A DNA stretch of 64,000 nucleotides from the human T2T-CHM13v2.0 reference genome, Homo sapiens. The stretch lies in NCBI RefSeq assembly GCF_009914755.1, contig NC_060931.1. One strand, written 5' to 3'. The first letter of the stretch is position 1; every line of letters begins with the position of its first letter. The position numbers were made by a program, and so were the translations under genes. The notes beneath the pieces were generated by a model. That model did not search any database and had not been told where the DNA came from. It saw nothing but the letters and a program-made list of their open reading frames with translations. Positions 45,370 to 56,894 of this stretch are shown piece by piece.

Positions 45370-45580
45370 ACAGCTGATGAACACCTACTACTATGCGAAG
45401 CACCTGCTGCACATTAGTATTTCTGAGCCTCAGTTTCCTCACGTGGAAAGGTGCAGCTATAACACCGACCTTACAAATGTAAGAATAAATGAGAGAAATA
45501 ATTTGCCCAAGGATGTGCACTAGGAGGTGGCAAAGCCAAGATTCCAACCAGCATCTGCATCTACAGCCAAGCTCTGCATT
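45370..45580. mobile_element. MIR with inverted core
   Basis: ctgagcctcagtttcctca core lies in opposite orientation to the flanking MIR segments. Confidence 0.65.
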
Positions 45581-45761
45581 ACGCTGATCTCCAAGCTGAG
45601 CCTTCATATTCATCTCAGGAGTGACTTTTGAATGTCTTCAGCAGCCAAAAGCAACCAAACACAATAATTTGTTTTACAAAATGGTGATTATTCCAACTTG
45701 GAATTGGGAACATTAAAGAAATGACCATGAATATCAGCAAATAACGGAAGAACTAAAATAA

Positions 45762-46111
<350 letters not shown>

Positions 46112-46614
46112 AAGGGGATGTACTTCTGTTACCAAGCCAACGCACTTGAGGAAGAAAGTTCAGCTCTGGTCCTCATAAATTAGTCTAACTTCTTCCTTCA
46201 ATTTATACAGGCTAAAACCAAGATTTTGGGATGGTGAAATAGAAACCAAATTATGTGGTTTGATTCCCATTCAGAATATTCAAACTCAACTATATCTGCC
46301 TGGATAAAATTTAACATTTTGTCAAATAATATGGCTGTATTCTAACGTGCCCTTGGTCCCCTGTTCAGACTTGTGATCCTAGAATGTTGCAATGCAGTCT
46401 TCATGAAGCAGCTGCTCTTTTTTGACTGATTTTTCCTGGTTCCCTGGGGTCAATTTCTTTTCACCTGTGTCTAAATGCCGACTAATTAGATCATGACTTC
46501 ACAGGTGCCAAAAGAAAAAGAAAGAAAGAAAGAAAAACTCTTGGGAAGCTGCAGAGACTTCTATTGCAGAAAGGAATGGATGTACTCTGTTGCCCTTCCC
46601 CAAATACCGCCCTG

Positions 46615-46770
46615 GTCAAGCCAATTGGGCCGCCAACCAATGGCACCGACCGGGCCTCCGCGCGCAGCGCCTGCCCAATTGACAGAGCGCTCGCATCCCT
46701 CAGCTGTAGCTCGTGCAGCCTGTGCTAACGAGCCCGGGTGCCGTCCCAGCTCCTCCTCCGCCCACTCCAC
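46615..46770 (+). promoter_or_regulatory. DPP6: TATA-less promoter: CCAAT cluster plus GC box
   Basis: CCAATTGG 46621-46628, CCAAT 46637-46641, CCAATTGACAG 46675-46685, CCTCCGCCCA 46755-46764. Confidence 0.65.
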
Positions 46771-47501
46771 TGTCTCTCTTTCGCCTGTGCAGTGGTTCCT
46801 GGCAAAACCTCTTATGCCACCTCCCGACCATCCCGGGAAGATTTGGCAGCTGGAGCCCTGCGCAGGAGCTGTAGGCAAGAGTGGGCGCCAGTCCCTCCTT
46901 AACCCCTGCTGGGTGGGTGGGGTGCCGGAGTCCGCACTGATGACCGCTCCAGCCTGAGCTTTTGAGGGTGAGGGGGGTGTGGAAAGATCCGCCCTGGAGC
47001 GGAGCGCGCACCCGTGGGCTCCTTGCAGCGGTGGCTCTGCCCTGGTGGCGCGAGGGCGTGAGTGCGCGCGACTCCCTGGCTTTCGCGGGTTTCCCCACCC
47101 CTTGCGCAGGAAAGAGCCTAGTCCTGCGTCCCCCTGGCTCTCCCCACACACACCTCCTTGGAGCTCCTTTTGGGTTTGCTCCCGCTTCTGGTCTTGAGCG
47201 TCCTGAACTGTTTCCCGGGGAGGCAGCACTGGGCAGAGCGCCCTCGGAGCCGCTGGCGCCGGCCCGGCTTCCCTCCGGGGTCCCAGCAGCTGCTTCTCCT
47301 TCTCCAGCTCTGGGCTGCGGATTTTACCGCCCCTGCACAGAAGCCTGCAGCGTGGAGGCTCCCCTCGCGCTCGCCCAGACTCGGCTGCAGAAGGAGGACC
47401 CACCTCGCGTCTCCCCCGAGGCGCGCACCTCTGTCGCCGCCCTCCACGCGCCTAGGAAGTTTTGAAGGTAGAGAATCTGGGCCCCTCAACTTCCTCTGGA
47501 C

Positions 47502-47561
47502 ATGAATCAAACCGCAGGAGTCTCCAATAGCGTCAGGTGTCCCCCGGGGAAAGGCCACAAG
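47502..47561 (+). CDS. DPP6: DPP6 isoform E (DPP6a) first coding segment, MNQTAGVSNSVRCPPGKGHK (partial CDS, phase-0 donor)
   Basis: Peptide recognised as the DPP6a N-terminus (paralogous to DPP10a MNQTASVSHHIKCQPSKTIK); G at -3; in-frame TAG at 47469-47471; no ATG between 46943 and 47501; AAG|GTAAGG donor at 47561/47562; lies in CpG island. Confidence 0.93.
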
Positions 47562-50500
47562 GTAAGGGACCAGCGACGGAGGGGGCTTGTGCGGGGGCGT
47601 GGGGCGCAGATGGAGGCTACAGTTGGCCGGAGAGTGGAGACTCCGGCAGGTTTGTGGAGGGAGTGTGAGCAGCCGCTGGTGCGTCTGCATCCCTTGCAGG
47701 GGTCGGTGACTGAGGATGGTTGGCGGATCGCGGGGGTTGAGAGAACGTGTGCTGTTTTGTAGACCAGCGGCCAGCAGCAGGGCTCTGCCCGTGCATCCGC
47801 TCCCGCCGGCCACCCTGGGGCTGGAGATCCTACCCTGCTTTGCGGCTGGGCTGGCAGGTGCAGCTGTTTCCCATGATTGCGAGGCTTTCGGGAGAAGAGG
47901 TCGGCGTTGGGAGGCAGAGCCCCTCCCCCTTTCACAATCAGACCCCCCTGGGCCAGAGCTTGCAGAGGAGCTCTTTCCCGGGAAGCGCGCGCGGGGCTCT
48001 CCCGCGGGCGCTGGCTCTGGCTGCTGTCACGGACACGTGCTTCATTAACTTTAATGGAGCGATGCGTGCCTGGAATTATTTCCAGGAAATTAGTGACGTT
48101 CAGAGAAAGGGGAGTGGGCGGCGGCCTAAGGAATTCTGGCAGAACCTCACTAGCAGCCCAGAGTGTGAGGGACTTGGGAAACGTTTACTCCCACGCGCAA
48201 AAAACCCAGATCGCCAGCGAGGTTCCGGATTTCGCACGGATCCTGTGGGGCCCGGCCACCCTTGGCCATGCTCAATACGCCTCACCTGTCTGCCATTCCG
48301 CTTAGGTTGTGATGAATTAGCGAGGAAATTCCTTACCCGGGTTACATAGGGAAGCCGCACAGCAATGCATGTAACAATGAACTTTAAAATATTTTCGAAT
48401 ATTTATATATTTTTTTAAATCGAAAAAAGGCGAGCACTGTGGAGCTTAGTCCTTGATATGCAGACTGAATTTATGCTTTACTCTGTCATCTTATTTTCGA
48501 CACCTATTTTTGTGTGTACACTTTATGTAAGGGCATATATGTTTATTAGCTCTTATTGGAAAAATATTCCCATTAAAATCTACTTGTTGGGGTTTGGGGC
48601 ATGTATTAGCCCACAATATCAACTCCAAACACTATCTACTTGTTCGGAGTTGAAGTGAGTAATGATATTGGATTCACTTGGCAGATAAAGGAATTCTTGT
48701 TCTGTTTGAGTTATGTAAGATGAGGATTTAAGGTTGAATGCTTTTATTCAACTGAGTAAGTAATATCGAGCATTTTCTTCTATCAGATCATGAAGAAATA
48801 TTTGAATCAGCAAGTCATTTCTCTGATCTCTGTTCTCACTATGATTTGAGTAGTTATATGTTTCACATTTACATTACTTAATATCTACAGGAAATGTATT
48901 TTAATACAGAGTAGTTGATATAAAATTTTTCAATTAAAAATAAAGTTTCACCCATCAGTGATAATATAGTAGAGACATCTGTGGAGTTCAGAAGATCATT
49001 CAGGAATTTTCTTTAAGAAATGTCTTTGGCTCCAGTATTAAAGTGGCTTCTTGGAAGAATTGGACTGTAGAGTATTGCCACCAATAAAACTTTCTGGAAA
49101 GTGTTGGAACACACACCAACAATTTAAAAGGTACTAGGAAACCTGTTAATCATGAGTTAGGGATCACCTTACATACCTATCAGGTGTCCAACAAATACTT
49201 GCTCCAATGAATCATATTAATTCAATAGTCATCAATCATCCATTTAATAAACATGGTAAACCCCTATTAAGTTCCAATAATATGAGAACGGAGAGCCGCA
49301 ATATGAACTTAGACATTGCCTTCACTGTCCAACATGCAGTTCTAGTCATACCCTATCCTTCCTTCTTTAAAATCTTTGATGGCCTAAAGTGAGATGATGG
49401 TGAAATCCATTAGCTAGAAGGAAAAAAAATATTCAGTTCCTTTTCTCAAAGAAGAACACACTTAAGTTGTTGTTTGCCTGTAAAGTTTGCAGCTTTGGAG
49501 TTTGTCTTGTAGGTTGCTGTGGTGCGATAACATGAGAGACTGAAATGATTGGAGGTGACGTGTTGGTGAAAGTTCTGTAGTGGATGAGGGATGAGCTGGT
49601 AGCAGGAGTCAACAGTCAACACTGGGAAGTGCTGGATGGACCATGTGACATTTAGGTCACAGTATTTTTCCAATAAAATATAAAACTCAACAATGTCAGT
49701 TTAGTAGATGTTTTGGAACAGTTGTTTTTCCATCGTATATATAGCATATACGACTTTGGTGGAAGGAAAGGCATCAGCCTCTTAGGAAAATATTCCAGCT
49801 GGACTCACTTTTGTTTGGTCTCATTCATTTACTGATTACTGGTGTAGCAATTTACACTTGGCAAATTCTTATCATTTGTTCTTGTGCAGATATTTCTTGA
49901 GCAACATTGGTTGTCTCTTTTAGATGGTTATTCACCTTTTAGATGTGTTAGCCTTCTTTTAGATGTGTTATTTATTGCTAGGTTCATTCTTGCCTATTGA
50001 AGCCCTAGAATTTGGAAAGAAGAGGTCCTTGTTGCAGCCTCCTTTCTCCTGAGCATGGGGGCACCTGACCACCTGCTAACAGCTGCTGAGGATCACAGGG
50101 TAATCCACCACACTGTTGGCCCCAGTAGAGGCAGGAGCCACTGGTCCTGAGAGGAAACCTCCTGAAGTGATAGTCCTCTGGAATTGGCTCCTGGAAACTT
50201 GTAAGTGGTATTCACTCTTGAGCAAAGAATACAAACTTAAGTTTTACAGAAGATGTAAACTACCAACATAAGACTGTTCAACTTTAGCTTTGGAAGATGG
50301 CACTCACCTTCTGAGCAGAAAGTAAGGACACCCAGTTGAGTAGTTAACTCCAGCCAAAGTAGGGCCTCTCCTTTCAGCCTCAGGTTTGAAGAGAAAGCAA
50401 AGGTTTGGATTGAGTTTCTTTGCTTAGAGCTTTTCTGAAAGGGAAATTTCCTTGTATCAGTATGTATTACGTTAGACATCAAGACAAGTATTATCAGTGC

Positions 50501-50787
50501 TTCAGTCTCTGGAAGCAGCAGACATAGCTGTCCAAAACTTGGACTTTGGGATCCTAAGGTACCAGTGTCATTTTGGATAAGTTGCTTAACCTCCATGCCT
50601 AAGTTTTATAGGACCTTCATGGTAGGAGTTTCATGAGGATTCAATAAACTAATCCATGTGTGGGGCTCGCAGCAGGACCTGCCACACAAGATGAGGCATT
50701 ACTTTACCTTTGAGCACCCAAATCAGGGAGGACAAGGCAACTTCACTTTAAAACCCTTTTTATTAAGGGGGAGCATGTGCTTTATAA

Positions 50788-51100
<313 letters not shown>

Positions 51101-51247
51101 AACAGCCTCTTTTTACATGGTCGCCTCTCATAGGCACACAGCTCCTCAGGAGCAGGTCCCAGAGGGTATGAGTAGGATGGGATAATTGTTAGAGTATGGG
51201 CTTTGCAGTGAGACAAATGGTAACTTGGTAAAGATCACACAAATAGA

Positions 51248-51389
51248 GCTGGGCATGGCATGGTGGTGTGTGCCTGAGGTCCTATCTACTCAGGAGGCTA
51301 GTGTGAGAAGATCATTGAAGTTGGAATCCAGTCTCGGCAACACAGTAAGATGGCATCTCTAACCCTCACCCCCACAACCCCAGAAAAAA
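51248..51389 (+). mobile_element. Alu monomer (FAM/FLAM-like) inserted in a MIR
   Basis: Single-arm Alu; TSD atcacacaa(a/g)taga. Confidence 0.75.
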
Positions 51390-52829
51390 ATCACACAAGT
51401 AGAAAGTAACAAATGCAGGACATAATTTAATTTATTTTTACACATCTGGAAAAGGGGAATATAATGTATGCATTATCTCATATAATTGTTAAGAAAATCC
51501 CCATGTAACAGTTTGCATATAGTAAGCATTTATTACATGACAAAGCTTCACATCAAGCATGGATATAGGTCCTGGTAATAATTCTTTGTATTACTTATAT
51601 TATAATTTGAGACCCCATTTTATCTAAAATTCTTCGCTCTATCTGATGTTGTAATTGTTTATATTTCATATCTGTTTTCTCTTTTCTCTGCTTTCAAGAG
51701 TATCTCCTTATCTTTGATTTTCCATGTTTGGTGACTTGTATGTGACTAGCCATGGGTTCTTTTATATTTATCCTGCTAGGAGTTCACTAAGCATCTTGAA
51801 TCTTTAATTCTTTCACCATATTTGGGGATTTTGTACCATTATTTTCAAAAATATTTTTACATTTTATTCTTTCTTGGGATGACAATTGTATATATATTAC
51901 ACAATATACAGATTACATATTATGGCCTACAAATGCATATAGCATTTACACCATTTGATAATTAGGATCAATATAACAGATTCCATGAGCACTTTTTCCA
52001 GCTTGTAAGATTCCTTTCCTAGCCATTTTTGCCAACAAGGAATCTAGCTCCACCAGGTCCGAAAAAACTCTCAATTCAGAAACATACTTAAAGAGTAATC
52101 GTTTTGTCTGAGGGTAGAGATCAAAAGTCTCTGCTTCCTATTTGTGAAGGTGGATATTTAACATTCTAGTTTTCGTTCTCATTCCACCTTTGTCTCCAAA
52201 GCCAAAAGGGATGAGTTATTAGTCCATGAACCTCAACGGATTCTTTGCAATGAAGAGTAGATGCAAAACTTTGGCTCTGTGGATTTCAATCTGAACTCAA
52301 CTAACGAAATCCCTTCAGGATCAAGGACTCACTTGGTGCCTCTCTGATGAATGCAGTGATTAATAATCGTAATATCTCCTGTTTACCCATTTGCGCTCCT
52401 AGAATGTGGCAAGAAGTCAATCCTTATTCATCATTTGGCACCATTTTCTGGTGAGGAACATCGTATTCTACCAATGAATTACTAAAATGTTGGTGTTTCT
52501 TCTCAAGGTTTTCATGCTGTGAAAAAGCTGATGAAGTGTTTGCATTTTGAAGTTGCTTATGATCCATGAAGAGTGTCAGCCTCTACCCACAGGAGTTTGC
52601 TGACTTTTGCCAGCTCTAGGTATTACACTTTGTGGAAATTTAATAGCCTTCTTACCTTCTACTTCTAGTGTTTATTTTACCACAAGGACAGGGATAGCAA
52701 AGCTTGTATGTCTGTCATTTTCCTTTTAGGACATTAAAAACAAGGATTAATCAGCTAAAACCATTTTGATTCAATAGAAATGCATTTTTTTGTGTGTGTG
52801 AAATACTACTCATGAATCCCACCTACATT

Positions 52830-53760
52830 TTTACTTTGATTTCATCCTTAAAGGATATATTTTCCTGGATGTAAAATTCTGAGTTGACAGAATTTTTACT
52901 TCTTTTTCAGCACTTTAAAGATGGCATTCCACTGAGTTCTAGAATGAGTTTTTTCTACTGAGAAGTGAAGTCATTTGATTCATAGTTCCCTGTATGTACT
53001 GTATTATTTTTCTTTGTCTGCATTTAAGATTTTTCTTTGGTTTTCAATATTTCAATACTATGTGCCTAGGCATGATTTTCTTCATATTTATTAACGTAGT
53101 GGGTGCAAAGATCACCTTGAATCTTTAAATGCACCATCTTTGGGAATTTGGTGGCCATTATCTTGTCAAACTTTTTTTCGGTCCTATTCTTAATTTGTTG
53201 AGATGACAATTATGTATGTTTTATACAGCTTATATTGCTTTACAGGTCTCTGAGGCTCATCATTTTTCCAAGATACTTTTCTCTCTCTTTTTCAGATTTA
53301 ATTTCTGTGGTTCCATCTTCACATTTAATGAGTCTCTCCTCTGTGTTCTGCATTCTGTGGTTTGTGTGCTTAGCTCCGGATATTGCATTTTCAAATTCTA
53401 AAATGTCCACTTAGTTCTTTCTCCATAATTTCTATTTTCTGCTTGGATTGTTTTTTTTTTTAATTCACCGTGAGTATCTTTGCTGTTTAATAAATGAGGA
53501 GTCTTCTTATAATACTTTAAAACTCTTGTATGATAATTCTAACATCTGAGCCTTCTTAGAATTGGTCTGTGTTGACTGTATTTTCTTCTCGAAATTGGAC
53601 CACAGTTTAAAATGTCCTGTATGTTGAGTGATTTTGAATTTTATCTTGGGCATCATGCTTGTTGTGGAAACTCTGCATTCTGTTTTGTTTCTCTGATGAT
53701 TTGTTTTTCATTTTAATGAACACTTAAGTTGGATGGCAACTCAAATACAAGTTTTGTTCT
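52830..53760 (-). mobile_element. Ancient L1M fragment, antisense
   Basis: aaaggatatattttcctggatgtaaaattctgagttgacag...tttcagcactttaaagatggcattccactg. Confidence 0.75.
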
Positions 53761-53855
53761 TTTATCCTCTTGTAGCCCATTCAGCACCTGCATGACTCAG
53801 GGGACAACTAGAGATTTGGAGGCTGCCTAGTTTTCTTAATTCTGGAATCCCTTTT

Positions 53856-54397
53856 CACTTTCCAAGTGAGTCCTCTTCAAGACTTTAAATCTTTGTGAAG
53901 CTTTCTTGTTGACCTTCACTCAGTCTCTTTTTTATTTTCTGTCAGTTCTTTCTCTACTCTTCTTTCATTTTCCCAGTGTTACATTTTCCAAAACTCACAT
54001 TTTGATAAACTATCACTTGTCAAATCTGAAAAATCTGAAGGTTTTCATGCCTTCCCTTTTTTGTCTTCTCATAAGAAGCAAAACCTACTTTAATGCTCTC
54101 CCTTTGCCAAAATACCTCCTGTCTCCTTTTCTATTCTTTCCTGCCCCTTTTGGTTTAGATCCATAGACCTTCCCCCTTCTGGGGCATTTCATCCTATTTC
54201 CGAACTTTTCCTCAGTCTATCCTGCTTAGGAATTGAGCAGCCTCCTCCTCCTCTTCATGGCTTAAAGAATTTCCCTCCTGGATTTTAGCACTGATTCCCT
54301 TTCTGTGCTTTCCACTTTCCAAGTGAGTCCTCTTCAAGACTTTATATCTTTGTGAAGCTTTGTTATTGACCTTCACTCAGTCTCTTTTTTATTTTCT
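53856..54397 (+). repeat. Dispersed 85-bp direct repeat pair (53856-53940 and 54313-54397)
   Basis: 82/85 identical by eye, 457 bp apart. Confidence 0.92.
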
Positions 54398-56225
54398 CTT
54401 CTCTTTCTGTAGGAAGCCCTCCCTCTAAATGATTAGATCAGCCACTGACTCACAGGCTATGGGACATGGCAAACTCATGCAAGGCTTATGGCGTTTCACC
54501 AGTTGCTGCCATAACAGCAGGTCCTTTTCCTGCCCCTTTTCTTTTCTCACACACTTGGCTTCAGAACCACCATCTATGGACATGAGTATATCACAGAACC
54601 AGAGTCCTGCTAAGAAGGGAATTTTTTTTTAATAACTCATGGTTGCAGGTACCATTCTCCAGCTTGATTTTGGACTTGAATCAGACCCTCCCACCTACTC
54701 TGATCCCTACACCTCCCTGTTCCTGAGCCTGTAGTTCTTTCTGAATTCCCAGGTTCCCTCATCCTGACCATTGGTATCTGTCGTTTTCCACATAGTGTCT
54801 AGTTCCTCCTATGCTGGAGAATCTTTCATCCCTAATATAACATATTTAAAATTAGGATCTAACTTTAGAGGTAATTTCATTTAGTCCTCTCATTTCAAAA
54901 AACTGAGATCCAACAAAACGCAGTTAATGAGAGAGCCAGGGCTCAAACCCCCACTGCCTGATTCTAGGTTTTGGCACATTCCATTATACGAGGCTGTTTT
55001 GTGGTTCATCTTCTCCATCTGAGCACGCAGTGAAGGGCCACATCTGATAGACACTTGGGCATCATGAAGGTTAGTGAGTCAGCCTGAAGGACACTTCACT
55101 AACACTTGCTGTTAGCAAGGGCATGTCTAGTTCATAACTTTTCTTATCCACCATTGCTCTTCATTCTGAAAAGAAAGCTTAGTTGTCTAATTGGTAATTT
55201 CTGGAAGAAATAAGAAAGAGTACCCGTGTAAATATAAATAAATAAATTCTTTTTATCACCCAAAACTTAAATCATCCCCAAGTATTTCAGAAAGTTTAAT
55301 ATAATGGATAGAACATAAATTACTTTTATGACTTCCAGGATGTTACTGAAAATCTATTTATGTTATTTTGGCTTTACATTTTATTGATTTTTAAAATTTT
55401 AATTGTCCTCATTTTATCAGTAAAATACATAAAATGAATCTAAGCTCATACATAAGTTAAGTTTCCAGGAATAGAGGGCAGTAAATGAGTAGTAACTGTT
55501 TTTTCTGGTTTTATTTGTTGGATTTTTTTTAAGTCAAAAGTTATACCTCAAATGCAGTATTTCAATTATCTTACACCTTGTACCTCATGAAGGAAATAGA
55601 GTGATTGGAATTTTATGGACCCTCAAATCTAATATTTTTATTACAGTCCCAGCAATATGGATTTAGTCAAAAGAGATGGAGGAAGTTATGTAATTTCTTG
55701 TGCATGCCCTCCCTCATCTTTAGGGCTTTAGAAAGTTTGTATTATTTTCCTATTATGGAGACATAATGTGTCTGTTCTTTCAGTGTCTGTATCTTCCTTT
55801 TTATGAAAATTTCAAATGCAATATTAAGAGATCATAAGGCATTTAGGCATTATGAGACATTTTAAAATTACATCTGACAAAATGTGCGCACAGCAGAACA
55901 AGTTCATATTTTTCATTTTGTTTTTCATAAACCAAAAAAGCTGACAATTCACTGGGGCCTCGTGGAAACTTCTTAACTGTGTGACTTCATACAGAAAAGC
56001 TCATCCAGTGGCGGATGGTTTACTGAGGTAGAGTGGAAGGAGGGAAACGGAATCAGTAGACTCTATCTTAGCATTGGTTGAGTGGGGCACCTGTTTTGTG
56101 TCAGGTGGGTGGGCACCGCTCTCTGGGCCTTTGTTCACCTGTGTGAAAGCTGAGGACATTCAACCAGCCTTCAGGGTCACGTCAAGCTCCAACTTCACAA
56201 TATTCCAAGCCTAGAAAGAACCATG

Positions 56226-56589
<364 letters not shown>

Positions 56590-56894
56590 CTATCCCATAG
56601 TAAAACATACTTAATGGAGAACCTAGGCCAGTAGATGTCCTTTAGACTTCAGTGTAAAAATTATGACCTCCAGCAAGTCCTTTAGGGAAAGGGTGCCTTA
56701 TAGTTGCTAGGCTAGTCTTTTCAGGGACTCTTAATTGGTGTTTGTCATATTTAGTGAGTAAGTACTAAACTCATTGCATAAAGTTATAAATTATTGAAGT
56801 CAGCTAAGTCAAGAGATGGTGTCTTAAAAGCAGGACAAAAGAAGATTATTACCTCTTTTGTTCTTGAAAAAGATATTGCAAACACTGGATACCA

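Larger units (their letters stand above)
46600..48360. promoter_or_regulatory. DPP6: CpG island spanning the DPP6-E promoter, first exon and start of intron 1
   Basis: Abrupt switch to GC- and CpG-rich non-repetitive sequence around the coding segment. Confidence 0.92.

Noticed and set aside
47158-47505. 115-aa ORF with a signal-peptide-like LLLGLLPLLVLSVL start
   Set aside because: Starts at TTG, not ATG; the Leu runs reflect pyrimidine-rich tracts, one being a probable splice acceptor; considered only as part of the uORF hypothesis
47502-47561. Alternative identity as DPP10a exon 1
   Set aside because: Recalled DPP10a reads MNQTASVSHHIKCQPSKTIK; this sequence fits the DPP6a-type ...VRCPPGKGHK
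46493-48360. Many overlapping 100-280 aa ORFs on both strands
   Set aside because: Expected from stop-codon scarcity in a CpG island; Pro/Arg/Gly/Ala-rich with no homology; only 47502-47561 is supported
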